Below are positions 13,025 to 35,211 of a DNA stretch of 64,000 bases, piece by piece (the stretch's first letter is position 1; every line of letters begins with the position of its first letter). Both the position numbers and the translations under genes were made by a program. The notes under the pieces are model-generated. The model was not told the DNA's origin, ran no database searches, and saw nothing but the letters and a program-made list of their open reading frames with translations. This stretch comes from the human T2T-CHM13v2.0 reference genome, Homo sapiens, in the NCBI RefSeq assembly GCF_009914755.1, contig NC_060929.1, one strand, 5' to 3'.

Positions 13025-15570
13025 TCTTATAGGTAAGCTCTGCTTTGCTCAGGGTGGTTTTCTCACTGACTCCCAAATGCACCATCAATGTTTACATTTC
13101 TGCACCTACATATGCCATTCCCTCTAATTACTATATCTTCTTCTACCTCTCCACAAAGCCTTACCATTATTTCTACCAGAAATTCATGGCTTTTTCCATT
13201 GGTGAACTCTGTTTGGATGACTCTCATGTGTTTTGGGTGGTAGGGGAAGAGAGGTCTATCTTAGTGCTCTGTCTGCTCTCTGGCTACAGTGCCAGGGGCA
13301 TGTGAATTACATACCCTTTCCCTTTCTGCCCAGTTAGGAGTTGAATTGGTGGGCATGAGATCCAAGTGAGCCAATCAGTCTTTCCACGTGATCTCCATAA
13401 GAGTGCATTGCTTTTCTTTTGAATTGTTGACTGCAAAGAGGTAGCCCCTGGGCTGCCACTAGCCATGTTTTTCCTGCCACTTGGAGACAGCCTGCTTATG
13501 GCAGGAGACAATGACATGAATACACAAATAGAAGTAGATTCAAGAAGAACTGAAAGGTGGAGCAAGTGCCATGACTACATTATTAAAGCCCTTTTTTCAG
13601 ATACTTGTGCTAAAACAGGTTCATTCTCATATTCTTTTTCTTTCTTTAAGCTAGTTTGAATTGTTTCTGTCAGTTACCATGGAAAGTCCTAATCAATATC
13701 CTTCAATGCCTAGTCCAAATCTTTCCTCTTTTATGAAGTCCTCTCAGCATAGAACAGTATGAAGAAAATCCCTTCTTTGCATTCTTAACTTGTGGTTTGG
13801 TGGATCCCAGCAGCCAATTCCATGCATCTCTTCCCAACTCTGAGTTTAGTGATGTCATGTTGGTAATGTGAAAGTAATCACACCATGAAATCAGCAAATT
13901 CTACAAATCAGAGCACTGTTTCCTCTACCCCAGCCCCCAGCCTGTTCACCAGCACATCACTGTCTAAATCCCTTCACAACTATATCACCCATTTGGATAG
14001 TAATCATGTAGTGATTTGTGACACTTCTTGCATTTTGAAAATGGTCAGATTGGGAGGACAAGTACCACTTATGCTGCATCTGAATCTTCAGAATATCAAA
14101 GGAGGAAAGGTCCTGAGAAATAATTTGGTCCAAGGTCTTCATTTTATACCCGAAGACAAAGAGGTCCAGAGACCTTCAATGATTTAATGGTTGTGGAGCC
14201 AAGAAGAAAGTCTTCTGACTTACACTCATTATTTAAATGTAGGCTTTTTTTTGTTGCCATTTTCAGCCTTTTATTTTCTCCAATTTTGGTATAAAATAAT
14301 ATTTTAAAACTATTGTTGAATCATTCCAAACAGCTGATGGCCAAGACCCAAGTTCTCAGATGCTTACTTTTAATAAGGGTCTGTGAGTTTCTCCAGAATG
14401 AGATAATTCCAGATGGTGCTCACCAATGTGGCAGTACCGGGGAGATAGCTGTTCATAGAGAGGACTTGCTGCCATTCCACAGACTTCTAAGCCCTCCAGC
14501 CTGGAGAACTGTATTCATTGTTGTAATGCCATATGAGGGAAAAGATCAAAACAGCCCAGGTTTAAAAGACCATGATGTCGAAGTGAATGTTGGCTGCTCT
14601 GTGTATTATGTCACTTAGAATGAAACCAGATCAACCCAAATGAAAGCTTGCTGATTTATTAAAAAAACTAAAAATACACAATTTATTTTTTGATATAGCC
14701 ATTCTGTTTCCAGGAACTTATTCTGGGAATGTGCATATGGATATTCACTGCAACCTTGTTTAATAAAGGATTGGAAACAATCTAAATGCCCAATAACAGG
14801 GAGCTGATTAAATAAATCACTATACATATCTACACAGAGGCAGAATTCTATGTCTTATATGGAATGATCTCTGAGATATACTGTTTAGTGAGAAAAATAA
14901 GGAGCAGAACAATGTATATAGTTTGCTACTATACACATTAATAAAAGAAAGGCAAGGAAAACACACAAACACACATGGGTATAAAAACAATTATTTCTGG
15001 AAGGATACAGAAATTGTAACCCATGAAGTTGTCTCTGGAGAGGGGAACTGGAAAACAGTTGTGAGAGGGAGGCTTATTCACTGCTTGTCTTTTGGAATGA
15101 TTTGATTTTTAAAACCATGGGAATATGTTACTTATTCAACATCCCTCCCTCCAAGAAAATAAAAAATAAAGTCTATGCTGTGTTGTAGTTTTTGGAAATT
15201 CTTCTTTTGCTCTTATGGATGAGCTGGATCTGGGGATGTGCCAGAGTTTGGATAGTTAATAATAGTAATCCCTCTACAATGATATGCTTTCTTAAAAAAA
15301 TTTTTTAAATAGCTTTTTGTTCCATCTTTCAAATTTGGGACAAGTATTTCCCTCATTATACACCTGAAGGAACTGAGGCACAGAGGCAGGTCATCTTCCC
15401 AAGGTTACACATTGAATGAGGGTCAGAGTTGGGATAACCAAAATATTGCACCCAGCCATAAGTTCCTTCTACTAGACTATATTTAGCTGGGCAGAGGGCG
15501 TCAACAAGCGAGTAGTTTTCATGGGAAGGAAAAGAAGAACCAGAGTTCTCAGAGGCTCTTCTTGCTTTAG

Positions 15571-15896
<326 letters not shown>

Positions 15897-15916
15897 TAAG
15901 AAAGTTAAAGCTCTGA

Positions 15917-16349
<433 letters not shown>

Positions 16350-17495
16350 TCAGCTGGAAAGACTTCATTTTGGAATCTGATGCAAAAAGCTCTTGATGAG
16401 GTTTCTCCACTCAGTGTGTGGATCAGAAATGAACTAACATTTGATTTGAGAAAATGCCCTGCTAAGTTCTAGAGGCTTCTGCTTTGTAGAATCAGGTTCT
16501 GAGGAAAGTAGCCTACGAATGAGTCCAGAAACAGGCTTTGCCACATTTTGCCCGCGTGATTTTAGGAGGGAATATGAGAAATAAAGGATCCATCTTTGCC
16601 TTTTGGCTGGGAAGAAAAGTAGGAGTCCCACATTAAGGAAATGAGACATGATTAAACTGCATAAATGAGATATTGCTAGTGGCTGGAAAGGGGTATTTTA
16701 ACTGTTAGCTGTTCTGAAGTAGAAGGTGACTAATTTCTCTAAATCTTGTATTTCAAAAGACTTCTACAGATGTCCTTTAAATAACACTCAGAAGACTATG
16801 CCTCATCCACTTAATTTACATCCAGTAAATTTATTTTATTGACAGTAAATTAAAAATCTTGAAGTATTCAAGAATGTGTAATGTGCTACTACTTGTGAAG
16901 AAAAAAAGGTTACACACACACACACAGACACACACACACACAATGTACCCAGGCACCCATGCACATACTCGTTTATTAATAACTATCTCTTTAAAAATCC
17001 ATAATCTGGTAACAGTAGCTGCTTCTGGGGAGAATTCTGGAGCTGGGAGATAAGGACGGGAGTCACAGCTTTCTCTGTACTGTTGCAATTTACCATATGC
17101 ATGTATTACATATTAAAAATAAGACATTCTAAAAAAAGCTCAAAGGGAAAAACATAGATTTGGTGGCTACTCTGTAACCAATTAAGTAAATTTAGCATTA
17201 CCAAGGATGTAACAATTTGGCATTTTATACCTACTAAACTGAATCAAATGATACTAACCTGAATTGAATAAAGCCTTTCAACCTAACCTCTGATTAGCAG
17301 AAAACCTAGAATAATTCGTTAAATGGCATACAAGAAGATACTCCAATCAAGTAAGTGGGATATTCTTCAAAATTTTAATGTCATGAAAAAATAAAAAGGT
17401 GGTTCAGAAATAAAAGATAATAAAATCAGAAATAAAAGATATTGGGGAGGACTTTCAATATGGTCTGAGTATTAGGTAATATTAAAGAATTATTA

Positions 17496-17838
<343 letters not shown>

Positions 17839-17989
17839 GGATGTCCTTATTTTTAGGAGATGCATGCTGAAGTATGTAGGGGTAAAGGCACACGATGAAC
17901 TCACTTTAAAATGGTTCGGAAAACACACATGAACACACATGCAAGTGTACGCATGCACAGACAGACACACACAGTATTGGTTATTAAGC

Positions 17990-18540
17990 TATAGTCTCAG
18001 TTCCAAACTCAGCTACGTGATGCCAGGGCTGGTACTTTGCAAATCCCATTTCTTCTTTACCAGCCGGCCTTCTGTCAGCCTGCAAATAGGGAATACTAGA
18101 AGAAGATTGGAAGTCAAGAACAGTGGCAAGGAACTTGGTCCTTTCTGTTTTGTTCCTGTTACTGTCATTGTCACTAAGCAACAGTTCCTTACCCTGGCAA
18201 TGACAGTTATTTCCCGTAGAAGCAGCTGGTTCAAGTTTGCATTTTTTTCCACAATCTCAGTCTCATTATATTTCTTCAGACAACCAGTATCAGATGGCAG
18301 ATGCCCTCTCAGTCCCAGCTCCGTGGGGCCCTCCATCAAAGTTTCTGCATTTTAATAGTCCCAAATTACTCTCCATGTTCTCCCAGCTGTAGGGCTGGTA
18401 GCTGCTTTGTGCATTTACTATAGTATTCTTTTTGCCCCTCCAGTTCTCCAATACCTGGTTAACACTTCTTTATGTTAAATTCTCCCTGTGAAAGTAACTG
18501 GTATAGCTTATGTATCCTGACTGAACCCTGATTGATTCAG
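17990..18540 (+). mobile_element. ERVL-class 5' LTR (LTR33-like)
   Basis: Ends CCTGACTGAACCCTGATTGATTCA, followed directly by PBS-like GAAATTGGGATCAGGAGT. Confidence 0.6.
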
Positions 18541-20911
18541 AAATTGGGATCAGGAGTCCCAGGAAACAGACTCTCAAAGATGGAATTTTTGAGGTGTTTG
18601 GGTTTGTCTTTAGACTTGAATGAAATGTTGAGCTCTTTGTCATGAAATGGGATGCTGGTAATCCATGGGATGGAATGACACTGATATTCAAATTATTTAT
18701 TGTAATAAAGAACCCCCTGAGGCAGGTGCCTTGGGGGCCCACGTGGCTGCTTGGAATGAAGATGACTATAAACATTGTGAGGTGGGATGCCCGCTTCTGA
18801 GTGCATGGAGTGCTTACAGGAAGAAAATGTCACACTCAGCTCTTTCAAATCTCAGCTCAAGTCTTTGTCAGAGAACTAGAGAGCATCTGTGGCAGTCCTA
18901 AAAGTATCTAAATGAGATTTAGATACATTTCATAGCCCACATTTCCCAGCAAAAGTTAGGGTGAGAATTTGGAAAGTGTCCCCAAGAATTGGAATGAGGA
19001 CACCTTCATGGACTTGGATGAAGCTGAAAATCTTCCATGTCTGAGATTAGCTATCTTTTGCTTGAAGACCTTGTAATAACCTCACCTGAGGCAAGAGCCT
19101 TTCAAGGAGGTGCCTATATTCTCTAAGACACGGCCTAACTACTCCTTGTTGCCACCAGGACGTAACTAGGGTCAAACCCAGCATATTCCAAGGGAACAAA
19201 TACAAAGTCTGATTCCGAAGGAAATACTTTATAATCCAAAAGAACTGCAAGATTTTTCTAATTTCTATAGGCTGAAACCTGGTCAATATATATTGGAATG
19301 GGATTCTAAGAGTGTTAGACCAAAGAAGGTGGAATATAACAGGCCAAATTTACTGGTATGAGAGTACGTATCAGAGATTCTGGGTGTTAGATTGTATTAA
19401 GAATTTACTTACTTAGACGACAGAAACTTGGACTAAACAGTAACCTATATATAATCAGTTTGAGGTCTCAGAACTTTCTGGCATAATGTAGAGAAAAGAA
19501 TCCAAAGTCTTAAGAGGTTCTTAGTGATAAGGCAAATGACTTTTTTTCTCTATACCAATTTGCAATGAACACCAGAAACAGTTTGTCTTTACCTGACAGA
19601 GCCAAGAGATCACCTTCACAGACTTGCCTTAGAGATATATTAACTTACTGACTGCTATAATATAGTCTGCAGAGATTTCGATCATCTTGACATTCCACAG
19701 AGTAACTGATCTGATAAGAAGGTAGTAGCAAGTACTTCAGATGTCTTAGCAAAATGCATGTGGGTCAGAGAATGGGAGATAACCACCACAAAAATAGAGG
19801 GACTCATGACCTTAGCAAAGTTTCTGATGTGCTAATAGTCTGGAGCATATTGCAATATCCCCTTCAAGGTGAACAAGAAGTTGCTGTGCCTTGCATGACC
19901 TACCACTATACAGCAGAGGAACAGTGCTTGATGAGCTTCTTTTTAAATCTGGATGCAACATATACCACAAATGAGTGATGCTGCTCTGACCCATTTACCA
20001 AGTAATCCATAAGACTGCCAGTTTGGAGTGGAGACCAGAGCCCGAAAAGGCTCTGCAGCAAGTCCATGCTGTAGTGCTAGCTACTCTGCCACTTGGAGCT
20101 TAAGAGGCAGCAGATCCAATGACACCTGAATGTGGCAAATAGGAATTCTTAATGGAGGCTTTGGCAAATGCCAATAGGAGAACTGAAGCATTGACCTCTG
20201 GGGTGGCAGAGAAAATCCACACCCTCTTCTGTAGATAACTATTTTTCTCCTGAGAAATAGTCACTGATTTGATACTAGGCATCTAACCATGGGATAGGGT
20301 GCTATTTGATCCAGCAAGCCATAAATTGGAGTGAGCATAGCAGCAATCTATCCTCAAGTGGAAAGAAGTACAGAAGAAACAAAGATTAAGCAGATTTGGA
20401 AGGCACAAGCAAGTTGCCTGAGTAAGTGGCTTAACACCATTGACACCTACTTGTGTTGCAAGCCTTCTTTTTTCTCAATCCATAATTTAGGCTACATGGG
20501 GAGTTCTTTATGACCAGCTGACTAGCAGGAAGAAATTTAGAACTGGTTTATAATTTATTCTGACCAATATGCTGGTACAAGCTGGTTGCTGCAAAATCTA
20601 TTGCAGCATTACAACCCGGATCAGGTATGTCTTGGAAAGATCCTAATGAAGGGAAAATTTCCTAGAGAAAATTTTGAGCAGTACATTTGGTTCTCTACTA
20701 TGTCTGAATTGAACAATATCCAAAAGTATGGATCTAAACTGCAGTAGTCAAGGGAAGTTACTAATGGTTTGATGGACGATCAGGGACTTGGAAAAAACAG
20801 ATTGAGAAGATAAGTGACAAAAAGGTGTGGGGGACAGGTATATGAATGGACCTCTTAGAATAGGCAGAGAATTAAAGATAATTGTGCTCCAGATGGATAC
20901 TTACCAAACGA

Positions 20912-21178
20912 TGTTGTGTGCCCATGAGAATGCACTTTGCAGCTGTCAACTACAGGCAACATAATTAACCAGGGTCCCCAGAGGCTGAAATTAATGCACT
21001 CTGAATTTCATCACTGTACTTGTGCCAGTTCACACTTCCTGGGAGCTCTCCCCAGCAAATGTCTGAGCGTGGCAGGAATACTTAGCCACGCCTATTGCTG
21101 GAATATATGGGTCTCTTGTGACAGCTGACTTTGGCTTGAGGTCTTCTGGACTGCCTTGCTGAACCTAAACTAACACAG
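20912..21178 (+). mobile_element. LTR16-like fragment inserted in ERVL pol
   Basis: CAGCAAATGTCTGAGCGTGGCAGG...GCTGACTTTGGCTTGAGG. Confidence 0.55.
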
Positions 21179-21230
21179 ACATCCATCCACTGCAGAGGAG
21201 GCTCTCAATAAACAGTAAGACAAGATGACA

Positions 21231-23052
<1,822 letters not shown>

Positions 23053-23421
23053 AAGATGACATACTCTGCGGATATCAGATGGCCTCTTTCCCCAAAATTC
23101 CCAATGACTGCCCAATAGGTCCATGTACAAGAGAGGCCATGCTGGCAAGGATGGAGACTTACATTTAGGCTCAACAACATGGACTTCCTCTCACCAAGTT
23201 TGATATGCTGAGTGCCTGACCTGCCAACAGCAGGGACCAACACTGAGCGCCTAACATAGGTACTTGGTGGCAGGTTGATTACAGTGGGCACTTTCTATTT
23301 ACTGTCACTAGAAAAGATACATATTCTGGATATGACTTTGCCTTTATTATCTCTGCCAGCCTTATTAACTGTCATGGTATCATGCATCACATTACTTCTT
23401 ATCAAAGATTAGCAAAGGGGT

Positions 23422-23775
23422 ATGTATTAGTCTGCTTGGGCTGCCACAATAAAATGCCACAGACTAGGTGAATTAAACAACAGAAATTTATTCCTTACAG
23501 TGGAGGGTGTGAAGTCCAAGATCAAGGTACTGGCAAGGTAGGTTTCATTCTAAGGCCTCTTCTCTTGGCCTTGTAGGCAGCTGCCATCTTGCACAAATCT
23601 CTTGGTATCTCTTCTTCTTATAAGGGCACTAATCTCACGGGACCAGGGTCCTGCCCTCATGACCTCACCTAACCCTAACACCCTCCCAAAGGTCCCATCT
23701 CCAAGTACTGTCATATTGATGGGGGGTTAGGCCTTCAACATATGAATTTGGGGGGGAAACATTCAGTCCATAACA
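23422..23775 (-). mobile_element. MaLR LTR (MLT1A/MST-like)
   Basis: TGTATTAGTCTGCTTGGGCTGCC...CATTCAGTCCATAACA. Confidence 0.75.
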
Positions 23776-24612
23776 GAGTGTGGCAATAGACTGATGCCCA
23801 TGGAATTTATTGGTTTTGTCATGTACTTCATCACCCAGAAGCATCTGCTTTGTTAGAATGATAGAATGATTTACTTAAGACTCAGTTACTTGCAACTGAG
23901 AGAAAATAACCTAAGAGGATTAGGTTCTATTTCACAGGATGCAGTATGTGCTTTGAATTGATAACCAAAGATATGTAACCCTAACTTCCAAGGTCAAAAT
24001 ATGAGCCCAGAAATCAAGGAGTGAAAGTGGGAGTGGCTCATTTTACTATTGCACCTAATAATCCACTCACAGAATTTGTGCTTCCCTTTGCTGCATCTGT
24101 GAACTGTTATTTTGGCAGTCTTGTTTCCCAAGAGAGGAATGCTTCCACCAGGGGATATAACAGTGGTTCTAGTGAATTGTAAGTTGAGACTGTCACTGAT
24201 CATTTTGGGGATGTGCTATGAGGATGAATTCCAGTGGGCCTGAAATTGGCCTCAGCTGTTTGCATAACACCAAATCCTGGTCAAGGCATAATATATCCTG
24301 ATTAATAATATTGTTTTGTAACCTTATGTATGAGGAGTTTCAGGGTAGTTTGTACCAGTTTGTCAACACTGTTTATTGTAATAGTCAGATGAATGATTTA
24401 TACCTGGAGACCTCTGTCCCTCCCGCTGTTCTCCTTCCTCCAGGGACACAAAAACTTGGTTGCTGGGGCTGGTTATGTGCCAAAAATACGCCTGTGTGAA
24501 CAGCAGGGTGTAAGAAACCCCAGCTGAGGCTCCATTTTGAGCCCTCTGGTTCTGAGGTGTTCCATGCTCATACTGTTGGTCCCTGATCCAAGAGAGTGTG
24601 TCCCTACTGCCC

Positions 24613-25120
24613 TGTGTTAGTTTCCTATTGCCGCTCTAACACTTTACCACAAAATCAGTAGCTTAAAATGACATAAATTTATTATCTTACATTCTGTAGG
24701 TCAAAAGTCCAAAATCAGTCTTATGAATTAAGGTAAAGTTGTCAGTCAACAGGCTGATTCCTTCTGGAAATTCAAGTGGAGAATCTGTTCTTACCTTTTC
24801 CAAATTCTAGAGGCTGCCTGTATTCCTAGGCTGGTGGCCTCTTCTTTCATCTTCAAAGCTGGCAGAGTAGCATCTTCAAAACTGACTCCCTGACCTTTGC
24901 TTTTATCCTCACATCTTCTTTGATTCTCCTGTCTCCTTAAGAGAGGGACCCTTGTGACCACAATGGGCCCATTGGATAATCCAGGATAATCTTCCTATCT
25001 CAAGATATTTCACTTAATCACATTTTCGAAGTCTTTTTTTGCCATGTAAAGTAACATATGCACAGGTTTCAGGGATAAATATGCAGACACCTTTGAAGGA
25101 CCATTTTTCTGCCTACCACA
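24613..25120 (-). mobile_element. MaLR LTR (MLT1C/D-like) inside another LTR-like element (about 24211-25305)
   Basis: TGTGTTAGTTTCCTATTGC...CTGCCTACCACA; near-TSD TGCCC/AGCCC. Confidence 0.7.
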
Positions 25121-25504
25121 AGCCCTGACAGTTAGTGCTCAAAATTGTCCTCTCCAGACCTCTTCTTATGAGGCAGCCTTTGGGTATGATGCATATCTGT
25201 ACTTTAATGCTGATACTATCCTATTTTCTTTTCCTGTAATAAATTATAGATTTGTCATTTTGGGTCCTATTATCTGGCAAATGAATTCTGTCCATCACCA
25301 TTAGTACTGGGCTCATGTCACTGAACCAATACGCAAAGAGGGGGAATATTTTACTGGCTAGGGCAATCAATAATGATTACTAAGGAGAAATTGGGTTGCT
25401 GCTACACAATGGCAGCAAGAAAGACTATGTCTGGGACACCAGGGGATGCTCTGAATACACCTCTTAAAGCTTCCACGTCCAATAACAAATGTTAATAAAA
25501 AGTA

Positions 25505-27200
<1,696 letters not shown>

Positions 27201-27204
27201 TTCT

Positions 27205-27592
27205 CCGCTAGAACAGAGGGAGAAGGTGGAATAGCTTTTGCTTGCTGGGTCTCCTGGCTTCCTTCTTTTTCCCATGCTGGATGCTTCTTCCTGCTCCTGC
27301 CGCCCTTGGACATCAGACTCCAGGTTCTTCAGCCTCTGGACTCTTGGATTTACACCAGTGGATTGCCAGGGGCTCTAGGGCCTTCAGCCACAGACCGAAG
27401 GCTGTATTGTTGGCTTCCCTAGTTTTGAGGCTTTCAGACTGAATCCCTACTGGCTTCTCTCATCCACACCTTGCAGATGGCCTATCGTGGGACTTCGCCT
27501 TGTGCATCATGTGAGCCAATTCTTTCTAATAAAATCCCTTTCACATATACATACATCCTATTCATTCTGTTCCTCTGGAGAACCCTAATACA
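27205..27592 (+). mobile_element. MLT2-type (ERVL) LTR, 3' part
   Basis: CTTGCAGATGGCCTATCGTGGGACTT...CTCTGGAGAACCCTAATACA. Confidence 0.8.
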
Positions 27593-28118
27593 GGTAGCAA
27601 AACCGACCACTGGAAGTCCAGACACATCCTATTAGTTTAGAATGTATAGCATCTTTCCTATTAATTCCAGCAAAAGTACTACAGCTAACTAATTAGCCAG
27701 TAGGGGGTAATATGGACTGATAGTGGGGGGAAAATAGTTCCTCAAGAAAAATCAGGGTGTTATTATTAAAAGAAGCAAGTGAATGAATGAATGCTAAGCA
27801 GGTCAAAACAAGATGATCAGACTGTCAGATCTCTTGATTCCTATACGCCAAGAACTACAAAGTTTATACAACTAATCAGTAGCTGAGACAGGACTCAATC
27901 CATTGCTGAAGTATGATAAGATTTACAGCAAATTTGTAAAACAAAAGTAAAATAATCTAAGGTCTCTCTTTATTCATAGAAGCACAAATCACAACACACA
28001 ATAACCTTATACTGCCCTTCAAATTAACGTAGACTTTGAAAGCTTCATATTCGATGTTTCTAAATGCCTGGTAGATATTAAAGCCATGCTCATAGTATTT
28101 GATATAATTTGGTGCTAA

Positions 28119-29409
<1,291 letters not shown>

Positions 29410-30278
29410 GTGTAAGTCTATTTGGTTTTGCTTCCCATTGGCTCATGCCTGAAAATGCTGACCTATTATTTACTAACTTTCAGCAGTTTTTGGTGGCTTA
29501 GACAAACAGTGAGGATGTCAAAAATGCACATGCTTGTATTACAGAAAAAGTCATTGATATTTTCTTTCCCACCTGGGTTTCCCAGTGATTTCTTGCAGTC
29601 TCATGGTTACTGGCTCCAACAGAGTTCTGCCTGCCAGTTTTCAGTCCACAGAGGCTCAGGTAAGGAATTTTAAATTTGAGCCACTAGTACCTTTTCTAGA
29701 GATGTTTAAAATCAGCTATTTGGCAAAATCTGTAATGTGAGTAAAGTTGCTTTCTCATTCAAACCTATACAGAGAGTGACATCTGCTGGTCATGAAGATT
29801 ATGTTTTTATTCTATTTTACTCCTTTTCAAAATTTATCAATGACTCTAAAATAAAACATAAGAAAAGTAATTATCTCTTCTTTGGGAAAAAAGAAACCAA
29901 CACATGACTAAAAATTCCAATATATGTACCACTGTGGGACATTTTTAAACTAAAAAAAATTGAAATTCCTTCATTTTAGCAAACACTGCAGCTCTTTCAT
30001 TTGATCAGGAGAAAATAAAATTGTTGTAGAATTTGAAAATGAATAAAAATCCTAGTTAGCCATTTCCTTAAAAATGTCCTTTGAGTTTTTGTTTCAGAGC
30101 AGCAATAACTAATTTAGTCTAAGACCTAATGAAAGACTGGCTATCAAAGGTCATTTAATCCTGGTCCTTCTATCATACTATTAAATCCTAGGTTTCATAC
30201 ATGCCCATGTCCCTATTCCTACCTCCTTCCTAACTTTAGAATTGCATACAGATTAAACTTTATATATACACATCTAGA

Positions 30279-30580
<302 letters not shown>

Positions 30581-31655
30581 CTAGATTTCCAAATTAGCTT
30601 TGGAAATTTTTCTGTCTTTGATGTTAGATTGTAATAGGAAAATTAGGACCTATATTCTGTTACTACATTTTTCAGTGAAAAAAGGTGTGTATTTATACTT
30701 ACTGATAAAATATAAACTTTGATTTGCGTACTAATGTGGCATCTAAATTTGGTAGTCAGGTTCCATTTCCCTTCAGGTTTATTTTTTATTTTTCAGTATT
30801 ATAAAAGTGTTCTGATTAGCCACCTTATAAGTAAAACTTTTGGACATTCCTGATTCTTTCCACATGATAAATTTATAGAGGAAAAATTCTTAATCAAAGG
30901 GCTATAAATAACCAACAAAGAGACTAACATTAGTGTAATAATAATAAAAAATTGAGAGTAGTAGGAGATGGATATTTTATAAATTCAATCCTTACATATT
31001 ATCTAGGGGAGTCAATATATAACTTTTAAAGCTGATTCAACTGCTATATGTCATGGTATGAACATACTACTTAAGAGATGTGGGTGGAACCACAAGAAAT
31101 TACAGAAGAAATGGGTAATTGGGCAGGAAGGGGATTGTGGCTTTTCCTTATAGGACTCTCTATATCATTTTTTCCCAGCCTTGAGCATGTAGTACTTTGA
31201 TAAAATATTAATGTTTAAAAATAGAAATGAAAATTTATTTAAATTAAAAAATATTTTGCCAAATTATCATCCAGAAAAAGTGTGCTAAGTTAGATTCCCA
31301 TGGGGAATTTTTTGATGGTCTTGAATTACTCCATTGATTTCATGTCAATTTATTTATGATTTATACTCTGACATTTTGAACTTAGAAAAATACATATAAG
31401 ATGTAATATAAGTGACAAAATTAGGGTAAAGGAAAAATAAGTATAGGAAAAATTGAACCCAGAGGACCCAAGAATCCAAGAATCCATCAGAACAGTCTGG
31501 AAAGCTGGTTATGAATGAGGATCCTTGACCTTATCACAGGCCTACTAATCACAATCTCTAGGGTAAGGCTCAGGAATCTCCTTTTCAGCAGCCTTGATAA
31601 CTTGGAGTTCTGAAGTAATTTAAAGATGACAAACAGTGATTAATATATTAGGCTA

Positions 31656-31661
31656 TTTATT
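31656..31661 (-). terminator. ZBED8: Candidate distal poly(A) signal of ZBED8 (a second AATAAA lies at 32036-32041)
   Basis: TTTATT on plus strand, downstream of the ZBED8 stop. Confidence 0.55.
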
Positions 31662-32197
31662 AATATGATATTCATAGCACAGGAGCTAGGGGAATGGACA
31701 TTGTGAGACTAACTCCAAAGAGTATATTTAAAAGTAAGTCTTACATAAGCCAGATCATTCCTTTTCCCATTATATTTCATAATCCTCTTCTGATTTCATT
31801 AACCTCTCCATAACAAAGACGGGCGAACTCAATCTTTCATTTTGCCTTTTTGACTTCTGGGATATCTTCTCTTTTCTCCTGGCTCAATTCCTAGCCTATT
31901 GCACCATTTAGCTGGATATTCTAGTGCTTAGGTATCTTTTTCATATACCACACGAACAGGTTAAACAGATACTTAGAATTGGGAAAATCTCATGATAGCA
32001 ACTAGGCAGTAGTACTTAATCTTTTCTGCTGTGTTTTTATTCTCAAAACATATTTTCACATGCCTCATTCAAAATTAAAGTTCTTAAGTTTTTTAGACAT
32101 AGAATTCAGTATATCATAAATATGAAAGAGACAGAATTACAGCTTAATTTTACAATGATATTAAGATTGAAATTATTCATTAAAAAAGTATATCAGC

Positions 32198-33997
<1,800 letters not shown>

Positions 33998-34494
33998 TCA
34001 GGTAGTATTCCAGAGATGCCACAGAATTTTGCTTTGGGAGTAAAATATAACCCACACATTAAAAACCAGTGGCTAACTGAATTAAAACAAAGCCACATCA
34101 CATGCTATCTTGTATATGTCAAGATACAGCCTGCAGCATGTCAATTCGAAGTAAGCCATGACAGGATATAGTTCAACTTAAAGCTAGCAACTCATAGCTA
34201 ATGCCCTGGAATAAATGATTTGCCAGCAAGTTATATATGGGAGATTTGAGCTTAGACAAGTTATGAACACCTGTAAGTCCTTTATTGGTGAATTATAGTT
34301 ATGGCTTAACTTGTTTTCAATAATGTATGTTACAAACAAATCTAGCACATTTTGTATCCCTAGAAAGGGCATCTCACTACCACCACCTTCTTCCACTCAG
34401 CCCCAAAGATGTATGCATACCCTCAGTTAAGAATCACTGAATAAAGGAGCAATTCACTAAATAAGGAAGGGTGGATTCTGACATGGAGGTTAAA

Positions 34495-34738
34495 ATAATT
34501 GTATACATTTATGGGGTACAAGCACAATTTTGTTATATGCATAGACCACATAGTGGCAAAGTGAGGGTTTTTAGGGTATCCGTTACCCAAATAACATACA
34601 TTGTACTCATTATTTCTCATCTACTCCCTCCCACCCCACTCTTCCACCCCACCCTTCCAAGTCTCCTTTACCCATCACTCCATTATCCACGTCCATGTGT
34701 ACACATTATTTAGCTACCATTTATGAGTGAGAACATGG
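34495..34738 (-). mobile_element. Old L1 3'-end fragment
   Basis: TATGAGTGAGAACATG motif and L1 3'UTR-like sequence. Confidence 0.7.
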
Positions 34739-34960
34739 TAGTTCTTTTTAATAGTTAAAGACTAAACAGGTCTGTAATACTATTTGAACCTTGAGCAGTT
34801 TTGACTCCAACTTAGGCAGAGAATTTCAAATAGGTCTTTAAGTCTGATTAAGCCACCCCTGATGCAAAGGTAGGCTACAAATTGGCTCAGAGCTTCCTTG
34901 CTGCTAAGTGTAACACACTATCAGTCCATGATTCATAGTGTCCATATAAAAAAGCAAAAT

Positions 34961-35211
34961 GGTCGGGCGTGGTAGCTCATGCCTGTAATCCCAGCACTTT
35001 AGGAGGCTGAGGTGGGTGGACTGCCTGAGCTCAGGAGTTCGAGACCAGCCTGGGCAATATGGTGAAACCCCATCTCTACTAAAAATACAAAAAATTAGCT
35101 GGGCATGGTGGCATACGCCTGTAGTCCCAGCTACTAAGCCAAGATCATGCCACTGCACTCCAGCCTGGGCGACAGAGCAAGTCTCTGTGAAAAAAAAAAA
35201 AAAAAAAAAAA
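34961..35211 (+). mobile_element. Alu with an internal deletion in the right arm
   Basis: CCCAGCTACT joins directly to AAGCCAAGATC. Confidence 0.9.
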